From: Lytechinus pictus
Taxonomy: Eukaryota
DNA length: 64,000 nucleotides
Assembly (NCBI RefSeq): GCF_037042905.1
Contig: NC_087251.1
Location: forward strand, 38,380,001-38,444,000
Reading direction: 5' to 3'
Of the stretch, positions 25,585-40,324 are shown piece after piece. Position numbers and translations under genes: made by a program. A model generated the notes under the pieces. It was not told the DNA's origin, did not search any database, and worked only from the letters and a program-made list of their open reading frames with translations. Each line of letters starts with the position of its first letter. Positions within the stretch are counted from its first letter, which is position 1.

Positions 25585-26638
25585 TTAAGAAGAACTGACG
25601 ACACCCACCCTAGTGACCGTGCCCCTCTCTTTCTCCCTTCCCTTTCTGCCCTCTCTCTCTCTCTTTCTCTTGTTTTCAAATTCTCAACATTTTCTGTCCA
25701 TAATTTTTTACTATTTCTACTGGGTCTTAATTGTTTTTCTCTTTCACCTCTTTCAAAAATAAAATACCCGTAAGTTTGTTGTATATAATTTGGTTCATTA
25801 TCATTTACAGGATCTCATTTAAACAAGATAAAGTACAAACTATCTATTATGCTGGATTTGGGTCGTTGAGACAGAGAACAGATACAAAGAAGAAAAAAAA
25901 CGTTTAGAGGCTAAAAATTTGACAACCGTTAAGATCCCACCAGGACATGATCCGGCCAACCTAAAGAGGAGAAAGAATTTGGAACCGAATACAGAGTCAT
26001 AATGACTTCGTTCAGTATACCGTACTCCCTAAGTATCCCTAAGTAAGTATAACAGCAAAGGGTTGCATAGTTAAGCTTGGTATAAATTCCACTGAACCGC
26101 AATGGTCACTCAAAAATAGAACGCAATAGCCCCCTCTCTCGTTTTTGGTGAAATAAAATTGTACTTGTTCATGATTTTCTGTAACGGCACTAACCTTCCA
26201 TTTGTTCTTGTTGTGTATCCAATCATTTCCCCCCGAGATGATCCCGTTAAGTTTGAAGAAGAAAACAATTTGTTTTACCAACGCTGGCATTCTATCGAAC
26301 ACTATTCGAAATCGTTGGCAAAGTCTATGAATACTGACTTTTAATTTGATAAAATACCACCCCCAGTTTACCGGTATATAGTATATATTATTTAAAAAAA
26401 AAAGGGTTTGCATTAATTTTCTGTGATCAAAAGCGAAAATCTAATTTCATATCCAATTTTCATGAAATTTCCATTGTTATGTTTAATTGATTTTCTATAT
26501 TACTTTGTTCGAATAAACTTGTTGCTGGGGTGGAAGTGTGCCCACGTTGCAACGCGTTGTATGCAACCAAACACAATTCTGAAAATCAAACAAACTTGAT
26601 TTTCAAAAAGATTGGACGAAATTTTAATATGTATTTAA

Positions 26639-27092
26639 AGGGGTTCTCCGGGCTGAAAATATTTATATCTATCTAAATACAGTAAAATTCACAAAGCAAA
26701 ATGTGATAATAAATAGCGAGGTTATTCAATTTTAAAGTTTGGCAATATATTGTGAAAACAGTTATAGGCCCTTATATTCCCTTATAATGAAACAAGTTGC
26801 AGCCATGAATATCCAATGCACTAAATCAGTTGTCAATCCATTTTTGTTAGTTCTTGGAGGAAAAATATTGAATAAACCGAATTTCATATAATGAAATACA
26901 AAAGAACAAATGACATCATCAATTTGCTCATTGAATATTCGTGAAGACATGCCTAGAACTGTTTCACCGGAATAATGCAAATCTTTAAAATGTCATAACT
27001 TTGTTATTCCTTCCGATTTTTATCAAATGTTCAGTGTTTTTTTGTCTAATTTTTCTTTATCTGTTCAAATCATAATAATTTTCAGCCTGGAG
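26639..27092. mobile_element. Kolobok-like MITE, family B
   Basis: TTAA|AGGGGTTCTCCGGGCTGAAAA ... TTTTCAGCCTGGAG (eroded end); homologous to the 29471 and 59514 copies. Confidence 0.75.
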
Positions 27093-27126
27093 TTATAACC
27101 ATTCAGAGCAGTATTAACATATTTTT

Positions 27127-27405
27127 GTGGCCCAGTGGATTAGTCTTCGGACTTTGAAACAGAGGGTCGTGGGTTCGAATCCCAGCCATGGCGTAATTTC
27201 CTTCGGCAAGAAACTGATCCACAATATGCTGCACTCAACCCAGGTGAGGTAAATGGGTACCGGTAGGAAGTAATTCCTTAAAAAAAAAGCTGTGTGCGCT
27301 ATGAACGCCTATAGCTTAGCCGGGTAATATAGGAGCGCCTTGAGCACCTAACAAGGTGGATATGTGCGCAATATAAATACCCTATATTATTATTATCATT
27401 ATTAT
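27127..27405 (+). mobile_element. tRNA-derived SINE (best-preserved copy)
   Basis: A box GTGGCCCAGTGG, B box GGTTCGAATCCC, a non-tRNA body and an (ATT)n tail. Confidence 0.85.
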
Positions 27406-27678
27406 ATTTTGGGGGTTTGCACAATAATAATATTATTTTCAAGATATAGCCTTTGTATTTTTTTAATTACTGTCTTCATTTTGACAATATTTTTTTTTGG
27501 TTGCAAATGAAAGGGTATATAACTATCATATCGATATAAAAAAGTAAAATTTACCAAGCGAAATGCTAAAAATGTAATAAAATCTGATATCTGCATAAAA
27601 CTTTTGCCATAAAAAAACTCTGGTAATTAAAGCAAAACTCTGGCAAACAAATTTATGCAATTGAAAATTACACATTAA

Positions 27679-28250
27679 AGGAGAATGAAACTCTTGGAGC
27701 AAGTTAGCTTTTGTGAAAGCAGAAAAATCAAAGAATAAGATCAACAAAAGTTTGAGTAAAATAGGACTAGCAATAGAAGAGTTATGAGCATTTGAATGTC
27801 GAGATCACTAATGCTATGGAGATCCTCCTATTGGCAATGCGACCAAGATCTATGATGTCACAGATGAACAACTCTCCCCTTTTGGACACTGAAAATATAC
27901 CCCAAAACATCGCTTTTTGCTCATTCTAATCATATGACAAACGATTCATCAATGATAATAATGTTGTGAAACCTCTGTACTTGTCCTCTCATAAAGAGAA
28001 CACCTCACATTGTGATAGACTCTATAAAAGTGAGAATATAAGTGAAATAAGTACTAAAGTAATGAGGGAGTTGTACGTGTGTGACATCACAGATCTTGGT
28101 CGCATTGCCAATGGGAGGATCTACATGGCATTAGTGATCTCAATATTCAAATGCTCATAACTTTCTTATTATTCATTCAATCTTCCTCAAACTTTCAACA
28201 ATATGTTTCTTTGATATGGATTCAGCTGGTTTCAAGGGTTTCATTCTCCT
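27679..28250. mobile_element. Kolobok-like MITE, family C, nested in a foldback MITE (about 27590-28315)
   Basis: TTAA|AGGAGAATGAAAC ... GTTTCATTCTCCT|TTAA with long internal inverted arms. It is flanked by inverted GCATAAAACTTTTGCCAT / ATGGCAAAAGTTTTATGC. Confidence 0.85.
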
Positions 28251-28787
28251 TTAAAAAACTCGCAAAAAATTTACCAGAGTTTTTTTGTATGGCAAAAGTT
28301 TTATGCAACGGGCCCAAGAGATATGACATCGTAAACTTGTCTGTTGCATATTCATGAAGACGTGCATGAATAGAACAAGTTTCACCAAGATAATGCCAAA
28401 CTTTAATATGCCATTATTTTGTTATTCTGTTTCCAAATATTTTCACTGCTTTGTTTGTCTGATATTACTTTAAATATGTGTAAATCATTTTATTTTCAAT
28501 CTCTAGTTGCCCATCAATTTGTTTCATGGACTTTTTTGGATTCTTGGTGTCACTTAGAACCAGAGTGGCACCGCAGTATTATAATGAGGGTCAAGATGCC
28601 GGTTTTTTTAAGAGTTAAATGCACGATCATGCCTCTCTTTTTATGTTCTTATTTATTTCTTTTCCTTACCCTTTTCTTTATTTTTTCCTTCCCCCCTTTT
28701 TTTGTTTACTATGGGAGCTCAATGGTTCGGGCCTACTCTGTATCTCTTATAGACCCTGCGTAGAACAGAGAGGATGTTGACTCGGAT

Positions 28788-28944
28788 CATTGGCGGCGGA
28801 AGCCAAAACTTTTTTTGGGGGGGTCCATTTCAAATTTTGGGATGGACACAGGTAAAAAATTTGACAAGCAAAAAAAAAAAAAGTTTATCAACAAAAAAAT
28901 TAGGGGGGTCAGGACCCCCCGTCCCCCCACTTCCGCCGCCTTTG
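28788..28944. mobile_element. hAT-like MITE
   Basis: TIRs CATTGGCGGCGGAAG / CTTCCGCCGCCTTTG; perfect 8-bp TSD ACTCGGAT. Confidence 0.85.
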
Positions 28945-29470
28945 ACTCGGATATATGGAAAATGTAGCAGACTTTTATATTGGCAAACGTAAAAAAAAAA
29001 AAATAATAATAATAATACCCACTTAAAATGTTGGGCAACATACTGTCTACTGTGTTGGGTAATGAATGTTGGTAAATATATAATTATATTATACATATTC
29101 TGGGCAATTATTATCCAATTGAGCAAATTTATTACCCAATTATTATTTTGTATTACCCAATTCGGGCAGATTTCAACCAACAGTATGTTGCCCATGCAGG
29201 GTTGGTTGAAAATTGGGAATTTTTGGCCTATTTTAAGAGTGTAAATATGGTATGTGGGACTAGGGAAATATGATATTTGATAAAAAAAGGGGGGAGACGG
29301 CACTTAGCAAAAATAAAGAATACTTTTCGGTGTAAAAAGTAAAATTTTGACGGTGAACAGTTACAGTGTTAATGAAAAGTGCACGTTTTGTGGTTTAAAA
29401 AGAGCACATTGAATTCTCACAACTCATTTCAGACAATCTGTGAATTTAATGACATCATTAAACATGTTAA

Positions 29471-30067
29471 AGGGATGCTCCGGGTTGAAAATTATCTAAA
29501 AAAATGGAGTAAATTTCACAAAGCAAATTGCTGAAAATTTCATCAAAATCTTATACCAAAGGGCGAAGTTATTGAATTCTAAAGTTTAACTATATGTTGT
29601 GAAAACAGTTACATGCACGTCGTCATGAATATTTTAATTAGATTGGCTGATGATGTCACATCCCCACTTTCCTTTCTTATGTCATTACATGAAATCACAA
29701 TTGTTTCATTTTTTTCATACATGTGTAAATGATAAGTCTTCCTTAAAAAAATTAGTAGCAATGAATATGTAATGCACTTGATCCGTTTTCCCCAATACTT
29801 TTGGTTCTTGAAGGGAAAAATATGAATAAACCCAATTTCATATAATAAAAAAACAACAATTGGGGATATGACATCATCAGTTTGCCATTGAATATTCATT
29901 AAGAGATAATTATGCCTATATAGAACTGTTTCACCTGAGTAATGTAAATCTTTAAGATGCCATAACATTGTTATTCCTTGTCTGCTTTTGATCAAATTGT
30001 CCGTGTTTTGTTTGTCTGAATTTCTTGATCTGTTCAAATCATATTAGTCTCAGCCTGGAGTACCCCC
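29471..30067. mobile_element. Kolobok-like MITE, family B
   Basis: TTAA|AGGGATGCTCCGGGTTGA ... TCAGCCTGGAGTACCCCC|TTAA. Confidence 0.8.
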
Positions 30068-30689
30068 TTAATTTTGCCGATCCATTGCATTTCTACGGAA
30101 CTACCCTAAACTTTTCTTTCATGCACTTGCGCCCTTGTCTTTGAGTCTTATATGCCCCGCCCCCCCCCCCGGCTCCACCCAAAATCCGGCGTTACCGCTT
30201 ACCATGGGGGGGGGGGGGGGAGGTAGGGACTGGTACGTATCTGGGTATTTTTATAATGGGGGTGGGGGCAATACAAGCTGAAATAATATGGGTACAAATA
30301 CATCACGATCAAGGCTTCGATCTCTGCATATATATAGCTTTCTTTTTGTTTCCTTCCTTATTTCCACCCTCTTTAGCTTTTCCTTATTTCAAAATGAATA
30401 AAAAAACAAAAAAAAAAACAAAGGGGCGACCACTCTCCCTACCCCCCCCCCGTGCTGTGGGGCCTATAAAATGGCATAATTATGGACAAAATAATCATAA
30501 CTTTGCAATTGATATTTTGATCATGACAAATATTAATAGAGTAATTATATAAGAATAATTTATTTCATCCCAAATCATTCAATAAGAAAAAAGCCCTTTA
30601 ACCCCAATCCATAACTTCGAGCCCAATTCATCATTCATGGGATGCTGGTATAATGTCGCTTGGAACTGGGTATCAGAATTGGAATAAAG

Positions 30690-30880
30690 CTCGGGCGCAT
30701 CGCTGGTGGTGGTATAGGTAGGTCGGTCGGTCGCGCCCGCTTGTACAAATGCGGATCTCTGTCCTACACTCTCTTGCTCTCGAAATGACGTTTCTTTCGC
30801 TGAAGTAACCATGCAAAATGGCCGACCTTCTAGCTGCTATCGTGAAGTAAACATCGGAATAACACGGTCGCCTGTGAGAC
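30690..30880 (+). promoter_or_regulatory. CpG-rich promoter-like region of the + strand gene
   Basis: Local CpG enrichment against an AT-rich background, with a TGACGT CRE-like core near 30786 and a YY1-like CAAAATGGCCG near 30814. Confidence 0.5.
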
Positions 30881-30996
30881 AACCCTTATCATTTTCATAC
30901 ACAATTCTCCCCACTGCTACGGTTAGAGATATAAGGAAGATATAGAAGGACCATCTTATCGCAAATGCATCGGGAATCGGAAAAAGGATAACAAAA

Positions 30997-31019
30997 ATGC
31001 CGATTCAGAAGGAGAAACG
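30997..31019 (+). CDS. First coding exon of an unidentified gene (MPIQKEKR...)
   Basis: AAAAATGC start context, strong donor CG|GTAAGT (phase 2), directly downstream of a CpG-rich promoter-like segment. Confidence 0.6.
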
Positions 31020-31598
31020 GTAAGTCAATTTTCGTATTATTCGCGAGTCACCTTCGCTTCTCTGGTATTATTCCTATGCGAGGCTATGCTACAATTGCTA
31101 TGTAAGCGGCTCCCCCTACATGCAAAGCCTTCATGCTGTGCATTGTCCTTGTAATAGGAGGGTAGACGTTTCGTGTCCTCGTAAGTTTATGCACTGTCGA
31201 TTGAAAGAGGTTCCGTCTGGCTATTACGTAAGAGTCCCGTTATGTATAATTGATCTCGAGAGCAGACATAACACAGACAAGGATATTGTCCCTGCAGGCA
31301 GAAAATAGCCACTCTCTCTCTCTTTTCTATGTCTATTTCTAACAGACCTCACCAACTTTTGTTTGTGTAGAGTTTGATCAAACATAGGCTATTTTCCAAT
31401 TTTCAATGAAATACACAGGATAATTATGAAATAATACCCTCCTTATTTTCTTTTTTTAGATTTGAGAAAAATCACCCAATTTAGATATTGAGGTATTGTT
31501 TTAATCTCAGTGATGTTCATAAGTGACTCTCCATTCGATGGGGATAATAAATTATTGATTGATCCAATTATTATTATTATCATTATTGTGATTAATTT

Positions 31599-32078
<480 letters not shown>

Positions 32079-35000
32079 TTTTATTACCATCATGATGACT
32101 TGAAAATCAAGTTCAATTGTCAATGAAATATGGACAAAGTTTCTTATCGATTATAGTTGCATGTACAATTTATGTGGAAATATGTTATATTCTCATGTAA
32201 AAACTGTAAGATTATATAATACTATGATAACGTAATGTACTGCTAATTTAATTCCTATTGGGCCTAAATCTAAGCAAATACATGTATGTGTTTCCTTATT
32301 ATTTTAGCCATTAATTCCATGTTTTCTTAAAAAGAAATCTGATACTGAACAGTTGAAATTGCAACACATCCTGAAACTTCCTTTCTGGAAAACTATACAA
32401 CTGTTTAACTTGTATACATTCCACAATAACTTATTAATCATTTATGTACAAGTCTACAGGTCAAACTTTAAATGACATTTTTATTTATTTTTTTAAATAT
32501 ATGTAGGCCTACTGCACTTACACTTGTATGAAATAGACTGTATGCCTATGCATTGATTTTGAATGATTGATATAAATAATATTGATGATGTTTTCAAATG
32601 TATTTACTATTGTGTGTGTGTGGGATTGTGGGTGAAATCATTCCCCTACAAAGAAGTACAATGTATGCGTGTGTAGGATGGTTATTTTTTAATCCCACCG
32701 CTGCCACCAGATGTTAGGGTTTTAGAAATATAAGTATATTTAGGAGTAAAAAATAGTTCTCAGCAGCAACTCAAATCCTCAATCAAGCATCAACCAAAAT
32801 GGAAAAGAAGTGACACTATAAGAAATGCAAATGAAATGATTTTGGGACCATAAAACAAAGCCTAGCAATCATTGCAAAACATTTTTAAAAACAATCAAGA
32901 AGCTGAAGAAGTCTGGTACTGCACTGATTTTTAATCTCATGGGTACTTTGCCCAGCTCAAATCTGAAGCGTAACAAAATGCATATAGGCCTATAAATTTG
33001 AATTTTCAACAACCCATCAAACTTTAATAAGAGAATGGAAGGCTGAATCTAAAATGTAGGAACCCCGTTCATAAGAGAAGCCAAATGAGAGAAGCCAATG
33101 AGAGTAAGAGAATGAAGATGATCAACAAGGCTTGGTAATTATGTAAGAGTAGAAATCAAGGAGTCAGGAGAGGTATGGAATGAGTGAAAACAGAAGGGAT
33201 GCAAACGCCAGAAGATAACCAGAGGAAAAGTATTCAGAGTGTAGAAGAATGACTAGCAACTGGAATACTGAATATCATTAAACTCATATTTCATAACCAG
33301 AGTTTAGATTGTAATTACAGTTCTGAAAAGAAATGCAAAGGAATAGTTTAGACAGTACAGAAACATATGACAGCTGGGGAAGAAATACAATAATTTAGAG
33401 GAAATAAACAACTAGGAATATTACAAAATAACCATGTGTAAGTCTTTATGTAGGAAACATACTGGTAGTACCATATTCCCTGCTAAAAATACAGTCTAAA
33501 TATCTTGTTTTAGAAAAAAAGTACAAGGCCTTCAGAGATTTTCCCATGTTTGTTATTAAATTGTTATAAAATGTAAAAGGCCTATAATGTTGGTGTATGT
33601 TCATGTACACGTATGTATATGTAGCAACTTGTCTTTTCAATATATGAAATAACATTTTTTTGCCAATGATACCATTATGTGGTCATTTTCAGTCTTTCAG
33701 AGAATTTTTTTTTTACACATTTTAATAAAGACATGAGTTTGATACATGAAGATGCCTTTAATATAAAAAGTATTTGGGATATATTTTTATTATAAACTTT
33801 CATTCATACAGCATTGAGATAACATATACGTAGGTGCACAAACAAAGTCATGATAATGTGAATAGTTTTCCTTGTTTTTGTAATTTGTGCAGAATTTATC
33901 TCTCTCTTCAAATAGGCCTATATCTATAACTGTATGTATTAATTCAACTATAGATGCTGAAATTACCCTGGTACTCAAACAAAAAACAAAAAACAAATTG
34001 CTAAAAGATGCATATTCTGAATATGGACAGGATGGTTTGAGCAGGAGGGACCATACGTGTACGCCTATTATAATATACACCATTGACTGTTCTGTTTCAA
34101 GTTAATGAAATCAGAAGTAGAATACAAAGTGTGCATCATTGTACATGTACTTTTACATACCTCTTTAAAAAAAGAAAAATGGCATATCTTTATAAAATGT
34201 TAAAACTAAATGTAGAATGTCAACTATGAAGCAAAAGATTTCAGAACACAAAAAGTAAGTTTCTCAGTATATGAGTGATTGACAGGGGTCAACATTATTG
34301 ATTGACCTTGTAAACTTGGGCCATGGAAGTATGGGGGGGGGGGAACCACATACTGAAATTGGTGCTCATGAAATGAATGGGATCTTTGTAAATCATGTTT
34401 ATCATTTTCACTTGAATGTTACATATATGCAATTACATGCAAGGTACTTTTTAATTCTGACACATAAACAAAATGACAAAGTAAAGTGGGCCCTGCATGT
34501 ACATTGCAGCAGGGAAAAATAAAACGGGGGCTCGGGGCAATTTTTGCCCCGAAATGCTCAAAAGAGTACTGGAAACTAAAAAAAATGGAGCCCTCGAAAA
34601 TCCTTGCGAATCATTGCAGTGTTATGGCTTATCCAATGTTGCAGATTGAGGTAGTAGGTGTGAAAAGGAGCCCCTGAAAATTGAAACTTTTTTTTGCCTA
34701 GAAATGTTTGGCCTACATGTAAATTTATATATTTAAGATTAGGAAGATGTTAACATTTGGAAATATAACTTAGAGAGAGTGAGAGGGTGAGAGGAGAGAA
34801 GAGCAAGGAAAAAGAGAGAGAATAGGGTGGGGGGAGGTGTTGAAATAAGGAACTTTCTCCATGAAGCCTACGTCTACATGAAGTCATTACTTTTGACATT
34901 TTCAAACTGATTTGGTGTTTGTTATGATATTTTAATGATTTTTGTTTTTGGTAACTAGTTATTACACTACATTAGGAATGTTTAGTGTGCTTTTGTTGAC

Positions 35001-35295
35001 ATTGTACTTTTAAAAATGTGTACATTGTAGGTCTAAAAAAAACATGTAGACCTTCTTAGAAATATCTTGTAGCTGGAATTTCCTGAAAGCTTTTCATGGA
35101 TATCATTACCATGTGCATACAATATTATGATTTTATGCTAGGTCTACATGTAAACAACCTATAGTTGAAAACTAAATAGTAATCTTCTCTTTCCTTGACA
35201 AGTAGGGACCAGTTGAGATAGCTTAAATAATTATCAAGTTGAATCACATAATCCCAAACTGCTTGAAGATTTAAAATCATACTGTGGAAACACAG

Positions 35296-35609
35296 TGGCC
35301 CGTATTCTGAACTCGGGTTTACATTAAACCCTGGTTTAAAGTTGTGGTTTAACTATGGAGAGCCAATTGGGGCACAAATCACTAAGAGTATATACACATC
35401 CAATTTACTATCTCATATGACACCCAAATTGTCTGGGAATGATAACTTCAGTATTTTGAAGCATTTTTCTTCATTATGAAAGCGAAGAGGAAACAAAATA
35501 GTGAACATAAGAAATATACGATATAAACAGAATTTTTGGCCCCCCATAATTTTAGCACAGAGTTTAATAGACCGTGGTCTAAGTTAAACCTGACTGCAGA
35601 ATACGGCCA
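35296..35609. mobile_element. Foldback MITE (Harbinger-like)
   Basis: TGGCCCGTATTCTGAACTCGGGTTTA ... TAAACCTGACTGCAGAATACGGCCA. Confidence 0.65.
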
Positions 35610-38600
35610 TATCACTCTTGATGTACTCCCTATCATCTCATGAAAAGTGCCTTTGTATCACAATCTTCACAAGGGGGCTAGAGCCGGAGAATACTCTGGA
35701 GGAAAATAACACTGCACAAGAAAATACACCCTTGCTATTACAGGTGCATTGAAACCTTAACGCTACATGGCAGGTCAAAGGTGACGCAGGCTGATCACAG
35801 CCCACTGATTTCTATTTCTTTGTGGGCCGAGGGGGAATGCCAACAAACCTTCAGTTTTCTATCCTCTACTAGTGCAAAGAGCAGATTAACCTGTGATTGT
35901 AGTACGACCATGACTTCTTTGCAAAGTTGATATTGTATTGTTTTCATAGAAATTCCATTAGAAAAGGTACACAATAAATGTGCACATATTGCACATTAGC
36001 CCACATCGAAGCAGTGGCAAGTAATAATAGCAAAGCATTTACTTTGTTGGTTACGTGTGCACAGATTGAGGGGTTTATGCTTGTTTTTCATGTTAGAATA
36101 GAAAGCACAACACTAAAATGGGGTATCGTGGAGTATTACACTCGGAAGGAATGTTTTAAAAGCAAATAAGGCTTTGGGAAGAAATATGAAACTGCAAGTT
36201 TGGTTTGTCTTATAAACGGTAGATCTGTTCACAGAATTTGTCATTACCATATTCAGTTGTGGCAGGGAAATTTATGATTGCAACATTTTGGGAGAAAATC
36301 TTTCTGGGGCTACATTCTGAACTCAATAACAATAGCTCAAATTCGCTATTTACACATTACAGTTTACATTGGACCTTTTGAGAATTTCAGGCCCTTTTTT
36401 TTGCATTTTAGGGGCAAATTCACCCCATACCCCTTCCTCTGCCACCCATCTCCTACTATGAAATTTCACTGGAATGTTATTGTTTCCAGAAAGACATGCA
36501 GTAGGGGCCTACATGTCCGATGGTTATTTACACAGATGGGTACTTGTGAAATCAAGAGATAAATACTATAACACCCTACATTCCATATTTTTGTAAAGAC
36601 TATTGATTCGTCTCATAATTCTTGTAACACTGAACAATCACCATGCTACACTACTATATTTTAAGTGTTACAATACTATAGCAGAGTAGTAATCCATCGA
36701 GAAGTATAAAATAAATGTGAAACATTTATTAGGCTACAGTTTAATAGTGTAGACCTGATACATTTTCTATGTGGAAGCCAAGTAATTTTATCATAAATAT
36801 ATTTCCAAGAACCAGTAATATATGATGGTTTTCTTTTTATGAATTGAATCCATACATCAAACATGAAGCAGATAGAGATATATCTGTAACAGTTGGTGCA
36901 CAAGATGTAGCTTTTGAATGCATAATTAAATCAACAACAACATGCCTACATGTACGGTGTATATGAATACTGTGTAGGCTACATGTATAGGTATAGATTT
37001 GATAGATCATTGATAAAGATTCTAGATCTTGTTTTTTACATTCATGTGCAAGTACATGTAGGCTTTGAATGGTCTAGGAAAAAACATGTCGGTTGATATA
37101 AACCAGAGGCCTACACTGTGCATTACTCAATGTGTATGCTAATTGTCATTTTAATCTGTCACCTGAAGTACTAGTAATTGCTTCTTGCTTGTACATGTAA
37201 TTCTTTATGAGATGTGCCTGCTGGTAATTGGTATTGCGTTTACAAGAAGTTTGGGCATGGGGAGTTACATGTAGGGCAGCAATCACATAAGAAAAACTAC
37301 CACCAAAGCTACTGATATGAATCCTTGATTGGTAGAATGTCAATTTGTTATGAAAGTTCCAAATGTCACAACTCTTGCACATGTAAATCTACTTCATGTA
37401 CCGTAATGTGTTTGATAAAACCAAGGCTTTGTGAAATGAAAATAATAACCCCTACATTAAAAAGGAATAAACAAATCTATTCTATGGATTGTAATACATA
37501 AGTTGATATTGTGCAGTCATGCAATTGTGTATTAGATTGTTGCTTGTATTTCCGTCTGGGTTGTAATTATCATAACAAAAAATATATTTAAGTATACCTT
37601 TCATTCATCCCTGTTTTGGTAAGATTTCCTTGAGCAGTCGTACATATTTTTGGCATCCATTGATGTTTATTTTGGTATTTCTTTTAGAAATTGCTTTCTA
37701 AAATTGTGGGTGCATGGTTTGCACCTTCACCTTGGCAGACTATTTTGGGAAATTATGCTGCCCAGGGCAAGTACTACAAGTACAACTTTCAGAACTTTTA
37801 TTCTTGGGTATGTACATGTAGACGTAGGGTAAAAGTCACACAAAAGACCAACAGCTCTATGGCAGCACAACTCGACTTCAAAATGTAATTAATATGATTG
37901 TGAATTTCAAGCGCGGAGAACTTTTTAAAGAGAGAACCAGAGTCTAGACATTGACATTCCACATTCCAGGGAGATCTATTATTACCTCAACTGTATTTTT
38001 CTTCCTGGAATTTCCTTTTCGAGTGTCAAATACCCCTTCAGAAATGGTTTCCACTTTTGGTCAGCAGTGAAAGTTGTGTTTGTAATTCACAGATGACCAT
38101 GCTACTAATGGGGTGTTGCAAGAAAATTGCAATGATTGCAAGTCAGTATTAGTTTTTAAAAAATTCTGTCATAAATCTTGTAATTAATTGCAAAATTAAT
38201 TGCTGGTCTGCTTCCTGCATTAACAGCTATAAATTGATATGTTTTTAGTGAAAATTGGTCTATAAACTGCAACTGAAATTTGCAATCGATTGCAAATAAT
38301 TTCTTGCAACACCATGTTGCCTACCCTCTCAAATCATTAGACTGAATGGGAGAAATTTCATGGTAACCTTCGATCATGTTGGCTGGGCCTGGAGCTATAT
38401 CTGGTCCATGAAGCCTTTATGTAAATCAAGAGCTAAAATTGTGACTCATGCCCTCAGTAAGTCCAAATTTTACAACTTAGCCAGACTAGTGATTTACAGA
38501 AAGGGGTTTTAGGTTTTGATTCAGGACCCAAGTCATCAGGTTCTTTCACTCTTCCCTGATGTGGGAAAATACCTGATGTATAGTCCTATAATATAGAAGA

Positions 38601-40324
38601 GCTTCAAAGTAGTGATGATCTTTTAAATAAATTTTAAGCTTCAACCAACCTTTAATTTGTATAGGGCATGCTTACATGTACGTCTATTCCTGTGGACTTT
38701 CCCAAGCAAATTGATCAGTCACAAAGTTTGCTGCCTGTGGTGGTCTGTATCTTCGTATTTCTTAAGGAATATAAATTATTGGTGGGTTGAAGCTTAAAGT
38801 TTATTTAATTAATCATCCACAATTGATGAAAGTTTTCTGTATTAGTAGTGATCTTACGTATTTAGTACTGAAAACTTAGAATACTGATGGTTTTGTCGTG
38901 CTAAATACTGATCTCTGAAGTTCAGTTTTATGTTTCGTTCTACGGTACATATATTTAAATATTTTTTTAGAAATACTGATTTTCAGCTCAAAATAAAAAA
39001 ACTGGAATATTTTTGTTCAGGTTGGCAGCTCTGCTATAAGCCTACAAATCAGGTATTTTACAGAAAAGTAATTAAAAGCCAATTTTTTGCCATTTTGGAA
39101 GAAAATGACTCACAATATCTAAATAAGCATAATCAGTATAGGGCCTTAAAAAAAATATCATTAGAACTTTATGCAGGGAAATTTGCAGGATTTATGAGAA
39201 TATAATTCAACATATTCCATCAAACATCAGAGCATGAAGAGGCCAAGAGGGTGAATTCTTCTCTACATGTATATCATAAATGTCTCCTTACATGTACATG
39301 ATTTTTTTTACTAAGTAGCCTTATAACATTTGCTCAAAATTTATTTAAATTTTGCGACCTTTACCTGAAGTGAGATATCTACGTACACACATGTAGTGTG
39401 AACTTATATGATTTTATTTTCACATTGACAACAAATGGCAATGAAAATATCCTGGTACCGTATGGGACAGTTCCAAAATGCATCTATCTTTGAACTCATT
39501 ATAAAGTTTGGATGCACACATGTACATATGCACCCTGTAGTGATAAAGACATGTTTCTGAAGACTGATAATTTTAAGAAACTTTTGAGCAAATGAATATG
39601 CATGCTGCCAAGAAGATTTTAAATCATTGATGTAGGATATTTGTCTAACTGCTGTAAATTATCTAGAATACAAGGATTTTCATGAAAAAAGGTGTTTTTA
39701 TGCGGAAAGGTTCATTTTTATTGCACTAAATCAAGGCATTTAAATATTATGATTTTGAAAAATTATTTTATTTGCATGTAAAGTTTGGTTTAACATTTTG
39801 TTCTGGGCAGTAGCATATTAAGAAGAAGAAAAAAAAACATTGCAATGATGAAGCAGTAAAATTATACTCACTTTATGTCGCCTACCTGCCAACACACTTC
39901 CACATGGGGAAAGTGTTGAGAATGTTAATTCATCATAAAACACAAAAATTTGCCTTGTTGAAAGCCCATGAAAGTAGCTCCCTGAGCATGTGCACCCCTT
40001 TCCAACTAAAAGCCTAGTTGACATGCCACTGATATTTTAGTATTTTCCAAATATATACTATCCATTTACATGCCCCAGTTACGGATATTTCACAACTTTG
40101 TATTTGTTTGTAGTGAAAGTAAAATGACCCCTTTTAATCAGCTAGTAAAAATCATAGATTATTTAGACTTCCACGGTCTTGTTTCCTCCGTGTGATTTCT
40201 TATCCAGATGGTCTGGAGTAGTACTTTCCTGACCTTTGCAGTCGTCACACTGCAACACTTCCTCTCAATACCGCTTTATCTTTTATTTGTTATAGACTTT
40301 AAAAAAGAAAAAAAAAAAGATATG

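Noticed and set aside
25920..26413. GC-balanced, coding-looking segment with 124-aa and 61-aa ORFs
   Set aside because: No recognisable motif and stops in the alternative frames. It could be an old retroelement fragment, but I cannot support that without a search.
27127..27190. tRNA-like sequence (also at 10621, 11901 and 54437)
   Set aside because: No complete acceptor stem or cloverleaf; each continues into a non-tRNA body and a simple-repeat tail, so these are SINE heads.
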